A stretch of DNA of 64,000 nt from an uncultured Alphaproteobacteria bacterium (GTDB lineage Bacteria; Pseudomonadota; Alphaproteobacteria; CAAHEQ01; UBA3637). Location of the stretch: positions 136,395 through 200,394 of the forward strand of contig CANPXT010000001.1 of assembly GCA_947586835.1 (NCBI GenBank), given 5' to 3'. This document shows positions 47,258 through 56,630 of this stretch, in pieces (position 1 is the first letter of the stretch; the number at the start of each line of letters is the position of its first letter). A program made the translations under genes and the position numbers. The notes beneath the pieces were generated by a model. It did no database searches. It was not told the origin of the DNA and was given only the letters and a program-made list of their open reading frames with translations.

Positions 47258-47357
47258 ATCATCGATTGAATTGTCATAAAAGTGTCATTTGATTTTTAGA
47301 ATGATTTTGTGTATAAAAAAAATATCACTGTAACAAACTAATGAAAGAGGTAAAAAA

Positions 47358-48191
47358 ATGTCAACAGGTATTATGAACGGAAAAAAAGGGTTAATTATGG
47401 GTGTTGCCAATGATCATTCCATTGCATGGGGTATTGCTAAAGAAATGGCGGCACAAGGCGCGGAACTTGCTTTTACATATCAGGGAGAAACCCTTGAAAA
47501 ACGTGTGCGTCCGCTGGCTGAATCTGTCGGTTCAAACTTATTGATTCCCTGTGACGTATTAGATAAAGAATCAATGGACAATACGTTTCAAACCATTAAA
47601 GAAAAATGGGGAAAACTTGATTTTGTTGTACACGCCATTGCTTTTTCCGATAAAAATGAATTAAAGGGACGGTATGTCGATACATCGGTTAATAACTTTA
47701 CCAATTCCATGTTAATTTCCTGCTATTCGTTCACTGATGTTTGCCGCAGAGCTTCCGAATTAATGACAGACGGCGGCGCTTGTTTAACCCTTACTTATTT
47801 AGGCGCCGAAAGATATTTGCCGAATTATAATGTGATGGGGGTTGTGAAAGCGGCATTGGAAGCGTCTATTCATTTCATTGCTTTTGATTTGGGACATCAA
47901 AACATTCGCGTCAATGCCATTTCTGCCGGTCCGATACGTACATTGGCTGCCGCCGGTATCGGTGATTTCCGGCAAATTTTGGGATGGACGGAAAATAATT
48001 CCGCTTTATGTCGCAACGTGACCATTGAAGATGTCGGCAAGACCGGTATGTTCCTGTGTTCCGATTTGGCATCAGGTATTACATCGGAAATCATCCATGT
48101 AGATGCGGGATATAATAAAAACGCGATGATAAATCCGAAAAATGCGGCAAAATCCGCTGAATTATTGGCTAACTTTAAATTGTCCGATTAA
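47358..48191 (+). CDS. fabI: Enoyl-ACP reductase (NADH), FabI
   Basis: GKKGLIMGVAN..SIAWGIA and the Y-x6-K region (YNVMGVVKAALE). Confidence 0.93.
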   Translation: MSTGIMNGKKGLIMGVANDHSIAWGIAKEMAAQGAELAFTYQGETLEKRVRPLAESVGSNLLIPCDVLDKESMDNTFQTIKEKWGKLDFVVHAIAFSDKNELKGRYVDTSVNNFTNSMLISCYSFTDVCRRASELMTDGGACLTLTYLGAERYLPNYNVMGVVKAALEASIHFIAFDLGHQNIRVNAISAGPIRTLAAAGIGDFRQILGWTENNSALCRNVTIEDVGKTGMFLCSDLASGITSEIIHVDAGYNKNAMINPKNAAKSAELLANFKLSD

Positions 48192-48210
48192 TTCATTTAA
48201 TCATTCTTTA

Positions 48211-48252
48211 AAAAGCGTTTTGCGATTCACAAAATCAAAAAACGCTTTTTTT
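48211..48252 (+). terminator. Terminator after fabI
   Basis: AAAAGCGTTTT-17 nt-AAAACGCTTTT followed by a T-run. Confidence 0.55.
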
Positions 48253-48353
48253 GTTTGTTCTTTTTCACTTAATTTTCAGAAAAACATTAAAAAATATTTG
48301 CTTTTTCAAGGAAAGTTCTATATAATAATGAGATAAAATTTTAAGGATAAATC

Positions 48354-49712
48354 ATGTTTGAATCAATTTTTTTATTGCTGATTGTACTTTTTGTTTTGTA
48401 CAAGCAAAACAATAATGACTTTCTGCATTTTTTAAAACATTCAAAAGTATTATCCCAAAAACAATTAACGCAAATTAAATTATCGGAAAAAAAGTATAAA
48501 ATCGATTGGTTATATCAAAAAAAGCTTATATCAAAAGAACAGAAAACTACCTTATTAAAACACATAAAAGAAACAAAAAAATTTCAAATGAAACAAAATT
48601 TACGTCGTCATATTATTTGGGGCGGTCTCGGATGTGTTTTAATGGGAATAATCGCCTTAATTGCCTCTAATTGGCAAGAAATTTCTTCAATTGTTAAACT
48701 TGGCGTTTATTTTGCCGTTTTTGCGATGATTACCACACGCCTTTTTATCTTACTGAAAAAAAATAAATATGCCGAACGCTGGCTTTGGCTCAATATCGGT
48801 TGGATATTTATCGGTATTGCACTCATCGGGCAAATTTTTCATTTAAACGGATCACCTTGGGATGTGCTCTTTTTCGGGGCGCTTTTATCCACGCCTTTTA
48901 TTTATTTTTTTCGTGTAAAACATGTGGTTACGCTATGGGCTTTAACTTACGGTTGCGGCGTTGCTTTCGGCTCTTCTCCCGAATGGGCAGTATTCGGTGT
49001 TTTATTAGTTTTACCTCTTGTTCTTTACTTTAAAAACAATGCTTTTTCAGCCTGGATTTGGTTTTTTGCCTTAATTGTTTCTCTTTTAAATACGTTATGG
49101 TTCAGTCAATGGGCAAAAGCGTTTATTGATACTTTTATGCCGCTTTCCGGTGCATGGATTTTCTTATCTGCTCTTTTTGCTTGTGTGTCTGTCTGTCAAC
49201 GAATAATCGGATCCTGTGCTTTTACAAAAGTTATGCGCAGTGTATTTTACATTATTTGCTTTGCCACACTTTTCGGTGTTGATTATTCGTACAGTATACA
49301 AAATGTTGTTTTAACGCCTCAAAAAATGTTAGTTTCCGTTTGGGGAGTATTTATTTTAGCCGCTCTTCCCTTTTGTACTGTCGGACTTTTCTTAAAAGAT
49401 AAAAAATCAGCTTATATTATTTGGGCATTAAGTTTAATTTTAGCATTTACCTATTCGTTTATTACTTTTCAATCTGCCGGATTGATTTTAGCTCTTATTG
49501 TTTTTGCCGTAGCAGCGCTTTTCTTTGCTTACAAGCAAAAAATCAAATCTTTTTATGCATGTCTTTTCTTAATTATTTTCAGACTTTGTCTGCAATATTT
49601 TGTTTATACCGTTTCCTTAACCGGAATCGGCTTCGGATTAATCGGTATCGGAATTTTATTGCTTGTCGGCAGATATTTTTTATTTCATGTCTCGCAAAAG
49701 GAGTTATCGTGA
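48354..49712 (+). CDS. Large polytopic membrane protein (DUF2157/DUF4401-like), partner of the GDYXXLXY gene
   Basis: 452 aa. A soluble K/Q-rich N-terminus is followed by about 11-12 TM helices. Its stop overlaps the GTG of the next gene (GTGA). Confidence 0.5.
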   Translation: MFESIFLLLIVLFVLYKQNNNDFLHFLKHSKVLSQKQLTQIKLSEKKYKIDWLYQKKLISKEQKTTLLKHIKETKKFQMKQNLRRHIIWGGLGCVLMGIIALIASNWQEISSIVKLGVYFAVFAMITTRLFILLKKNKYAERWLWLNIGWIFIGIALIGQIFHLNGSPWDVLFFGALLSTPFIYFFRVKHVVTLWALTYGCGVAFGSSPEWAVFGVLLVLPLVLYFKNNAFSAWIWFFALIVSLLNTLWFSQWAKAFIDTFMPLSGAWIFLSALFACVSVCQRIIGSCAFTKVMRSVFYIICFATLFGVDYSYSIQNVVLTPQKMLVSVWGVFILAALPFCTVGLFLKDKKSAYIIWALSLILAFTYSFITFQSAGLILALIVFAVAALFFAYKQKIKSFYACLFLIIFRLCLQYFVYTVSLTGIGFGLIGIGILLLVGRYFLFHVSQKELS

Positions 49713-50137
49713 AACAACATTCTTTCTTCTTATGCGTTTTATTCCTGCCTCTCTTGGTGTTATTAAGCTGGACAGGGTATCTTGTTTTTACTTTATACAC
49801 CGCTCAGCAAGTGGTTCTCGCCGTAAAAGGATATGATCCGTTGGATTTATTTTCGGGACATTATATTCAATACGAAATTGATTGGGAAAAAACAAATTGT
49901 CGCCAATTTCCAGAAGGATATTGTCCTAAAGCACAATTCGCAAAAATTTTACATCGCTATTATTTGCCTGAACAGGCAGCCGAAGAAATTGATCGGTTAA
50001 TGCAGGCACAAAACTCGGTTTCCGTGCGTTTTGATATGGTTTTTTCCTACATCAAAGGTCGGCAACCGATTGCACGTATGCTTTTGATTAATAATCAAAA
50101 GTGGTTTGATTATCTTAACAATGAAAGGAAAAAATAA
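49709..50137 (+). CDS. GDYXXLXY-domain protein
   Basis: GTG start with AAGGAG 7 nt upstream, and an N-terminal TM anchor. VKGYDPLDLFSGHYIQYEIDW fits the G.DP.DLF.G.Y..L.Y signature. The ORF-track start at 49421 lies inside the upstream gene and is rejected. Confidence 0.6.
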   Translation: MKQHSFFLCVLFLPLLVLLSWTGYLVFTLYTAQQVVLAVKGYDPLDLFSGHYIQYEIDWEKTNCRQFPEGYCPKAQFAKILHRYYLPEQAAEEIDRLMQAQNSVSVRFDMVFSYIKGRQPIARMLLINNQKWFDYLNNERKK

Positions 50138-51202
50138 ATGGCTCTCGTCTCTTTAAGACAATTACTTGATGATGCTGCCGAACATAATTACGGTATTCCG
50201 GCATTTAACGTAAACAATATGGAACAGGTATTGGCAATTTTAGCCGCCGCCAAAAAAACGGATTCTCCCGTTATTATTCAAGCCAGTAAAGGTGCGCGCG
50301 GTTATGCCAATGATGCTGTTTTAAAGCACTTAATGATGGCCGGTGTTGAAATGTATCCGGAATTGCCGATTTGCGTTCATCAAGATCACGGTTCCGGTCC
50401 GGATATTTGCTTCTCCGCCATGATGAATGGTTTTACTTCTGTTATGATGGACGGCTCTCTTACCTCTGACGGTAAACCGGCTACACATGAATATAATGCA
50501 CAAGTCACAAGCACGGTTACAAGCGTTGCGCATCCGGTCGGTGTATCGGTTGAAGGCGAACTCGGCTGTATCGGTTCATTGGAAACGGGAAAAGGTGAAA
50601 AAGAAGACGGACATGGCTTTGAGGGTGCCATTGATAAATCTAAATTATTAACCGATCCCGATGACGCCGTTCGTTTTGTCGAAGAAACAAAAGTTGATGC
50701 TTTGGCTGTTGCTATCGGAACATCGCACGGAGCTTATAAATTTACGCGTAAACCGGACGGTGCGATTTTGTCCATTGATACCATCAAAAAAATCCACCAA
50801 AAATTACCGTACACACATTTGGTAATGCACGGCTCTTCTTCCGTTCCGCAAGAGTTGCAAGATATTATTAATGCTTACGGCGGACAAATGCCGCAAACAT
50901 ACGGCGTACCGGTTGAAGAAATTCAGGAAGCCATTAAACACGGTGTTCGGAAAGTGAATGTCGATACCGATCTCAGAATGGCTTTAACCGGTGCAATCCG
51001 AAAAGTATTTACGGAAAAACCGGCAGAATTTGATCCGCGAAAATACTTAAAACCCGCCATGGATGCCATGCAAGCCGTTTGTGAAGCTCGGTATGAAGAA
51101 TTCGGTGCGGCAGGCAATGCTTCTCATATTAAACCAATTTCTTTGGCAGATATGGCAAAACGGTATAAATCGGGTGAATTAGATCCGAAAATCGTAAAAT
51201 AA
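50138..51202 (+). CDS. fba: Fructose-bisphosphate aldolase, class II
   Basis: [17 protein letters not shown] and [11 protein letters not shown] blocks. Confidence 0.95.
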   Translation: MALVSLRQLLDDAAEHNYGIPAFNVNNMEQVLAILAAAKKTDSPVIIQASKGARGYANDAVLKHLMMAGVEMYPELPICVHQDHGSGPDICFSAMMNGFTSVMMDGSLTSDGKPATHEYNAQVTSTVTSVAHPVGVSVEGELGCIGSLETGKGEKEDGHGFEGAIDKSKLLTDPDDAVRFVEETKVDALAVAIGTSHGAYKFTRKPDGAILSIDTIKKIHQKLPYTHLVMHGSSSVPQELQDIINAYGGQMPQTYGVPVEEIQEAIKHGVRKVNVDTDLRMALTGAIRKVFTEKPAEFDPRKYLKPAMDAMQAVCEARYEEFGAAGNASHIKPISLADMAKRYKSGELDPKIVK

Positions 51203-51267
51203 TTTATTGGTTCAAGGGGCGGTTTATATGATAAAATATAAACCGTCTCTCTGTTGAAAGGAAAGAA

Positions 51268-51468
51268 ATGAACAAAAAATCAATGTTATTTTTAACCTCA
51301 ACCGGCGGAATTGTCGCGTTGGTAACATGTGCTTATTTAATTAAGCAATATCAAGAGATAAAAAAGTTATATAACGAACATTTAAACCCAAAAGAAAAAT
51401 CGTTTTATGAAAAAAAACAACTTATCCGACAAAAAAGAATACAAGAACAACATCAAAGACAGGATTAA
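51268..51468 (+). CDS. Small single-TM hypothetical protein
   Basis: 66 aa with AAAGGAAAG upstream, one TM (LFLTSTGGIVALVTCAYLI) and a K/Q-rich tail. Confidence 0.35.
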   Translation: MNKKSMLFLTSTGGIVALVTCAYLIKQYQEIKKLYNEHLNPKEKSFYEKKQLIRQKRIQEQHQRQD

Positions 51469-51469
51469 A

Positions 51470-51793
51470 ATGGAAAAAAATTTTATTGAACAAGTTAAAA
51501 ATGAAATAAAGTCAGCGCAAGCTCATCATCAGCCGTTTAGCGTGAGAAAAATTGTTTATCAACTTGAAGCGCAAAAATATAAATCATTAATGGGTATTTT
51601 CCCGCAGCAATATCATCAAATGAAAAATAAAACAAATAAACGCCTTTATGATGTACGTGCAAAAGCGTTATGTGTTATTTATAACTCAGCCGAAAATAAA
51701 AACATAGACAATCTGCGCATTTTGGCAACGCATCACTTAAGTTGTGCCAGAATGTTAAAACGATACAGAAAACATATTTTGGAAAGATGGTAA
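51470..51793 (+). CDS. Hypothetical protein (107 aa, basic)
   Basis: The ATG lies 1 nt after the previous stop, and the gene ends 1 nt before the rpe ATG. No motif was recognised. Confidence 0.35.
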   Translation: MEKNFIEQVKNEIKSAQAHHQPFSVRKIVYQLEAQKYKSLMGIFPQQYHQMKNKTNKRLYDVRAKALCVIYNSAENKNIDNLRILATHHLSCARMLKRYRKHILERW

Positions 51794-51794
51794 A

Positions 51795-52439
51795 ATGACT
51801 CTTATTGCTCCCAGCATTCTTTCAGCTGATTTTTCCCGACTTGGTGCCGACATTAAAAAAGTAACGCGTGCGGGAGCCGATTGGTTACATATTGATGTGA
51901 TGGATGGGCATTTTGTTCCCAATTTAACTATTGGTCCCTGCGTCATTCAATCGATACGCGCGCAATCAGCTCTTCCGTTTGATGTTCATTTAATGATGAC
52001 ACATCCGCAAAATTATATACATGATTTTGCTCAAGCCGGTGCCGATTATATAACCATTCATGTTGAAGCACAAACAGAGATTGAAAAAACGCTTTTTGCC
52101 ATAAAAAAAGAAGGGAAAAAAGCCGGTTTATCCGTAAAACCGGATACAAATATTTCCCGTTTAATTCCTTTTCTTCCTTTTATTGATTTGGTTTTAATTA
52201 TGTCGGTTGAACCGGGATTCGGCGGACAAAGTTTTATTCCTCAATCATTAAATAAAATTGCCGCCGTTAAAGAATTAATCGGGCGAAAAAAAATTTTAAT
52301 TTCCGTTGACGGCGGTATTAATCAGATAACTGCGCCGGCCTGTCAATTAGCCGGAGCTGATGTTTTGGTTGCCGGCAGTTTTATATTCAAAAACAGCTCT
52401 TATCAAAAGGCTATTCAAACTTTAAAAGAGGGCAAATGA
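51795..52439 (+). CDS. rpe: Ribulose-phosphate 3-epimerase
   Basis: IAPSILSADF..LG, H.DVMDG.FVPN and PGFGGQ.F blocks. Confidence 0.95.
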   Translation: MTLIAPSILSADFSRLGADIKKVTRAGADWLHIDVMDGHFVPNLTIGPCVIQSIRAQSALPFDVHLMMTHPQNYIHDFAQAGADYITIHVEAQTEIEKTLFAIKKEGKKAGLSVKPDTNISRLIPFLPFIDLVLIMSVEPGFGGQSFIPQSLNKIAAVKELIGRKKILISVDGGINQITAPACQLAGADVLVAGSFIFKNSSYQKAIQTLKEGK

Positions 52440-53134
52440 CAAAAATTTTAATTGTGGAAGATGAAGTCGGATTGGTAACCCTTCTTAAATATAATTTAGA
52501 GAAGCAAGGGTATGAAACTCTTGTTTGTATGGACGGAAAAAATGTTTTAACAACTGCTCTGACCGAAAAACCGGATTTAATTTTATTGGATTGGATGTTA
52601 CCCAGTATTCAAGGCATTGATTTATGCCGAGAAATGCGAAAAACTTATGAATTACGCACAATTCCCATAATTATGTTAACGGCACGCGGAGAAGAATCTG
52701 ATAAAGTCAAGGGATTATCGTACGGTGCCGACGATTATATCGTCAAACCTTTTTCCGTGCCGGAGTTAATGGCTCGAATTATGGCATTGTTACGCAGAAC
52801 AACCCCTACTCCCGTCGTACATAATTTATCATATGGTGATATTGAAATTGATTTTTCAAAACGACGGGTTTTGCGTGCCGATCGACCAATTCATTTAGGT
52901 CCGACCGAATTTCGTTTACTTCAATTTTTAATGGAAAAGCCGGGCGTTGTTTTATCGCGAGAATACTTATTAAAAGCCGTTTGGGGCGGATCCATTCATG
53001 TTGAATTACGGACGGTTGATGTTCATATTCGTCGGTTAAGATTAGCTTTAAATGAAAACGGCGATAAAGATATTATTCGAACCGTTCGATCCGTCGGTTA
53101 TTCCTTGGATTATCATCTTCAAGAAGAAGAATAA
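52436..53134 (+). CDS. phoB: OmpR-family response regulator, PhoB-like
   Basis: The receiver domain (ILIVEDE...DLILLDWMLP...MLTARGEE.DKV.GL..GADDY..KPFS..EL.ARI.ALLRR) closely parallels E. coli PhoB. A winged-helix C-terminus is present. The ATGA overlaps the rpe stop. Confidence 0.8.
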   Translation: MTKILIVEDEVGLVTLLKYNLEKQGYETLVCMDGKNVLTTALTEKPDLILLDWMLPSIQGIDLCREMRKTYELRTIPIIMLTARGEESDKVKGLSYGADDYIVKPFSVPELMARIMALLRRTTPTPVVHNLSYGDIEIDFSKRRVLRADRPIHLGPTEFRLLQFLMEKPGVVLSREYLLKAVWGGSIHVELRTVDVHIRRLRLALNENGDKDIIRTVRSVGYSLDYHLQEEE

Positions 53135-53135
53135 T

Positions 53136-55007
53136 TTATTCTTTAACTTCGCCACCGTTTAAATTATCAAAAAATTGCGTTTCAATTTTATTATACTGTG
53201 TGAAAAGCCATTTCGAACGGGTTAAAACAATAACCGACAGAAAAACAAGAACTGAAATCACTTTCGGATTTTCGGTCAAAAATTGATGAACAACCGTCAT
53301 GACAAAAAAACAAACAATCAGCAATCTGAAACTTGTTAACAAAATTAAAATCGGACGATTGTTTTTTTTCTCCATCCAAAGACGATAATATATTTTTCCC
53401 AATCGATCATGAAACCCAAACATATTTAAAATATTTGTTTTTTCACTGATTGTCTCTTCAACTTTTTGAACAATTTGATGATGTGTCAATTTCGAAAATA
53501 ATATTTTTTTCAAAACAGTAACATTGGGAATTTTTTCTCTGAACGCTTGAGGTAATAATGTTTCCCAACCTAACAAAGCCTTTAAAAACGGTGACATCAT
53601 AAGTAACGTTAAAAAAGTAACCGTTATACGCGCGGGTATATTCGGTAATAACCAATAAACAACAGGTTTAATTAAATATTTACCGAAACCGATTAAGGCA
53701 TAATTAATCATAACAAATAAAATCAGTCGAATAAAATAATTTTTAAATACAATATTCCATAACCGCTCTTCTTGTTTGGTTGTTTTATTATTTTGAGTGT
53801 TTTGCTCTAAATACAGCAACCATTTTTCGGGAAGAATCTTTGCAATTACCCCATATATCGGCATGGCTGACTTAATCATCATCGGTGTTAAGAAAGTTGT
53901 GATGACCGAAACGGCAATAATAATCGGATAAACACGTTCGTTAATAACACCTAAACTCATACCGAGCGATGCAATAATAAAAGCAAACTCACCGACTTGT
54001 GCTAAAGAAAAACCTCCTTGAATGGCAGTTTTTAAATTTTGCCCGGAAATTAAAAATCCCATACAGGAAAATAAAATTTGTCCGCAAATCACAATAACGG
54101 TAATGACCAAAATCGGATAAGCATATTGCATAAACAGAACGGGATTAACCATCATACCGACTGACACAAAAAATACGGCACCAAAAAAATCTTTTAACGG
54201 TTTAATAATTTTTTCAATGCGTGTGACACACCCGGTTTCGGCTAAAATAGATCCCATAATAAAAGCGCCCAATGCCGATGAAAAACCAAACGATGTTGCA
54301 AGCCATACCATAGTAAAACAAAGCGCCAACGTTACTAAGAGTAAAATTTCTTCATTTAAATAATTTTGAATTTTTTTAAAAAACGTAGGAATTAAATAAA
54401 TACCCGTAACAAAACACAAAACCAAAAAGAACATTAATTTCGTCGCGCTGATAATAAGAGCCGAACCGTTTATGGCATTACTTAAAGCAACAGTCGGTAA
54501 TAATACCAACAATAAAATACCGACTAAATCTTCCACAACCAAAACACCGAAAACCAAATGAGTAAAAGGTTGTTTTTTAATATTTAAATCTTCGAACGCT
54601 TTAATAATAATTGTCGTTGAAGACATAGAAATCATACTGCCCAGAAAAAAACTGTCCGATGTTGACCAACCCAGCAATAAACCGGTATTATATCCTAAAA
54701 ACAGCAAAAAAAACACATTCGATGTTGCCGTAATGATGGCCGCCTTTCCGACATTCATCATTTTTTTAAAACTAAACTCCAATCCCAAACCGAATAAAAG
54801 AAAAATAACTCCGATATCAGCCCAAATCGTCAAGTTTTCTTTTTCGGTCACTGTCGGTAAAAAAGCCAAAAACGGACCGGCAAAAATCCCGGCTAGAATA
54901 TAGCCCAAAACCGTCGGTTGTTTTAATTTTTTGAAAAGAAGTGTGATTATGGCTGCATAAACAGAAATTAACGTTAAATCAATTAAAAGCGAGTGTAATT
55001 CATGCAT
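53136..55007 (-). CDS. Cation:proton antiporter (CPA2/Kef-type) with extra C-terminal membrane region
   Basis: The N-terminal roughly 390 aa are Na+/H+-exchanger-like (LKQPTVLGYILAGI.AGP...). The C-terminal roughly 230 aa are further TM helices, not an RCK/KTN domain. Confidence 0.8.
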   Translation of the reverse strand: MHELHSLLIDLTLISVYAAIITLLFKKLKQPTVLGYILAGIFAGPFLAFLPTVTEKENLTIWADIGVIFLLFGLGLEFSFKKMMNVGKAAIITATSNVFFLLFLGYNTGLLLGWSTSDSFFLGSMISMSSTTIIIKAFEDLNIKKQPFTHLVFGVLVVEDLVGILLLVLLPTVALSNAINGSALIISATKLMFFLVLCFVTGIYLIPTFFKKIQNYLNEEILLLVTLALCFTMVWLATSFGFSSALGAFIMGSILAETGCVTRIEKIIKPLKDFFGAVFFVSVGMMVNPVLFMQYAYPILVITVIVICGQILFSCMGFLISGQNLKTAIQGGFSLAQVGEFAFIIASLGMSLGVINERVYPIIIAVSVITTFLTPMMIKSAMPIYGVIAKILPEKWLLYLEQNTQNNKTTKQEERLWNIVFKNYFIRLILFVMINYALIGFGKYLIKPVVYWLLPNIPARITVTFLTLLMMSPFLKALLGWETLLPQAFREKIPNVTVLKKILFSKLTHHQIVQKVEETISEKTNILNMFGFHDRLGKIYYRLWMEKKNNRPILILLTSFRLLIVCFFVMTVVHQFLTENPKVISVLVFLSVIVLTRSKWLFTQYNKIETQFFDNLNGGEVKE

Positions 55008-55089
55008 ATGCGTATCCTTATTTTACAAAAGTTTTCTTCAGCATACCAATGACTTTCAAAAAAATCAATCTTTTTTTCAAAAAATAATC

Positions 55090-55118
55090 TTGCTTTTTCA
55101 TTTCTTTTATTTTATAAT
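55090..55118 (+). promoter_or_regulatory. Promoter of greA
   Basis: TTGCTT, a 17-nt spacer and TATAAT. Confidence 0.4.
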
Positions 55119-55143
55119 AGTTTTAATGATAAAAACAATGACC

Positions 55144-55176
55144 GCTGCGGTTTCAAAAACCGTGGTTTTATTTTTT
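55144..55176 (+). terminator. Hairpin plus U-tract inside the greA leader (possible attenuator)
   Basis: GCTGCGGTTT-caa-AAACCGTGGT (including G-U pairs) is followed by TTTTATTTTTT. It lies between the predicted promoter and the greA SD. Confidence 0.35.
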
Positions 55177-55202
55177 AAACTTAAATCAACAGGGAGAAAA
55201 CT

Positions 55203-55679
55203 ATGGAAGAAAAAATTCCCATGACAACTCAAGGATATGTCGACTTAACGGAAGAATTAAAAAAATTAAAATTTGTTGAAAGACCGCGCATTGTTGCCGC
55301 AATTGAAGAAGCACGGGCACATGGCGATTTATCCGAAAATGCCGAATATCATTCGGCGCGTGAACAACAAAGTTTTAATGAAGGACGTATTTTGGAATTG
55401 GAAAACGCGCTTTCACATGCTCAAGTTATTGATGTTAAAACCTTATCCGGTGATAAAGTTTTATTCGGATCAACGGTTCAATTGGAAGATTCCGAAACTG
55501 CTATGCATTACACATATAAAATTGTCGGTAAATATGAAGCTAATCTTGAAAAAGGTTATATTTCTCTGCTTTCACCGATTGCTCATGCTTTGATCGGAAA
55601 ACAAAAAGGAGATTTTGTTGACGTGAAAACACCGAAAGGTGAAAAATCTTACGAAATACTGGACGTTCAGTTTATTTAA
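55203..55679 (+). CDS. greA: Transcription elongation factor GreA
   Basis: [17 protein letters not shown] is the canonical GreA coiled-coil tip. Confidence 0.95.
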   Translation: MEEKIPMTTQGYVDLTEELKKLKFVERPRIVAAIEEARAHGDLSENAEYHSAREQQSFNEGRILELENALSHAQVIDVKTLSGDKVLFGSTVQLEDSETAMHYTYKIVGKYEANLEKGYISLLSPIAHALIGKQKGDFVDVKTPKGEKSYEILDVQFI

Positions 55680-55682
55680 TCC

Positions 55683-55712
55683 TATATAAAGCCTCAAAGG
55701 AGGCTTTATATG
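55683..55712 (+). promoter_or_regulatory. 12-13-bp hairpin sequestering the trxB SD and start codon
   Basis: TATATAAAGCCTC-aaag-GAGGCTTTATATG. The AGGAGG SD spans the loop and 3' arm, and ATG 55710-12 lies in the 3' arm. No U-tract follows. Confidence 0.5.
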
Positions 55713-56630
55713 ATTGAAACAGATGTTCTTATTATCGGTTCGGGACCTGCCGGTTACACGGCGGGTCTTTATGCAACACGTGCCGGACTGCATACCACTT
55801 TATTTACCGGTTCAAATATCGGCGGTCAATTAATTTATACACATGAAATTGAAAACTTTCCCGGTTTTGATAAAATTTCAGGCGTTGATTTAACAGATAT
55901 TTTTTATAAACAAAATCAACAAGTCGGCACAGCCATTTTTAATGAAATGATTACCGAAATCAACTTAAAAATTCATCCGTTTTCTTTTAAATCGGAAACA
56001 AGCGGCGGAACGGCAAAAAGTGTAATTATTGCAACCGGATCCAAAGCCAGATGGCTCAATGTTGATGGCGAAGAAAAATTTAAAGGATCAGGTATATCCG
56101 TTTGTGCTACTTGTGACGGCTTTTTTTATCGTCGAAAAACGGTTGCTGTTATCGGTGGCGGTAATACAGCTTTATATGAAGCATTATTTTTATCAAAAGT
56201 TGCCGATAAAGTATATTTGCTTAACAAATTTGATTCGTTTACCGGTGAAAAGTTATTACAGGAACAAGTTTTACAAAATGATAAAATCGTTATTTATAAA
56301 AATGCCGATGTTCTTTCTTTTCAAGGAAATGAACGATTAGAAAAATTAATATGGAAAAATACTCAAACCAATCAAACATATGAATTATTTGTCCAAGGTG
56401 TTTTTGAAGCCGTCGGAACCGTTCCGCAAATTGATTTGGTAAAAGATCAACTTCAAATTACTTCTGCCGGTTATATTGAAACAAATAAACGTACCATGGA
56501 AACTTCCGTACCGGGTGTTTTTGCCTGCGGGGACGTGCAAGAAGAAAAATACAGACAAGCCGTTATTGCCGCCGGCAGCGGTTGCATCGCCGCCTTAGGT
56601 GCTGAAAAGTTTTTACTGGATTTTCATTAA
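55710..56630 (+). CDS. trxB: Thioredoxin-disulfide reductase
   Basis: GSGPAGYTA FAD motif, redox-active CATCDG and GGGNTA NADPH motif. Confidence 0.93.
   Translation: MIETDVLIIGSGPAGYTAGLYATRAGLHTTLFTGSNIGGQLIYTHEIENFPGFDKISGVDLTDIFYKQNQQVGTAIFNEMITEINLKIHPFSFKSETSGGTAKSVIIATGSKARWLNVDGEEKFKGSGISVCATCDGFFYRRKTVAVIGGGNTALYEALFLSKVADKVYLLNKFDSFTGEKLLQEQVLQNDKIVIYKNADVLSFQGNERLEKLIWKNTQTNQTYELFVQGVFEAVGTVPQIDLVKDQLQITSAGYIETNKRTMETSVPGVFACGDVQEEKYRQAVIAAGSGCIAALGAEKFLLDFH

Noticed and set aside
49421-49708. Long upstream extension of the GDYXXLXY ORF
   Set aside because: It lies entirely inside the upstream membrane-protein gene in another frame. A GTG with a perfect AAGGAG SD at 49709 gives a protein that starts with its TM anchor.
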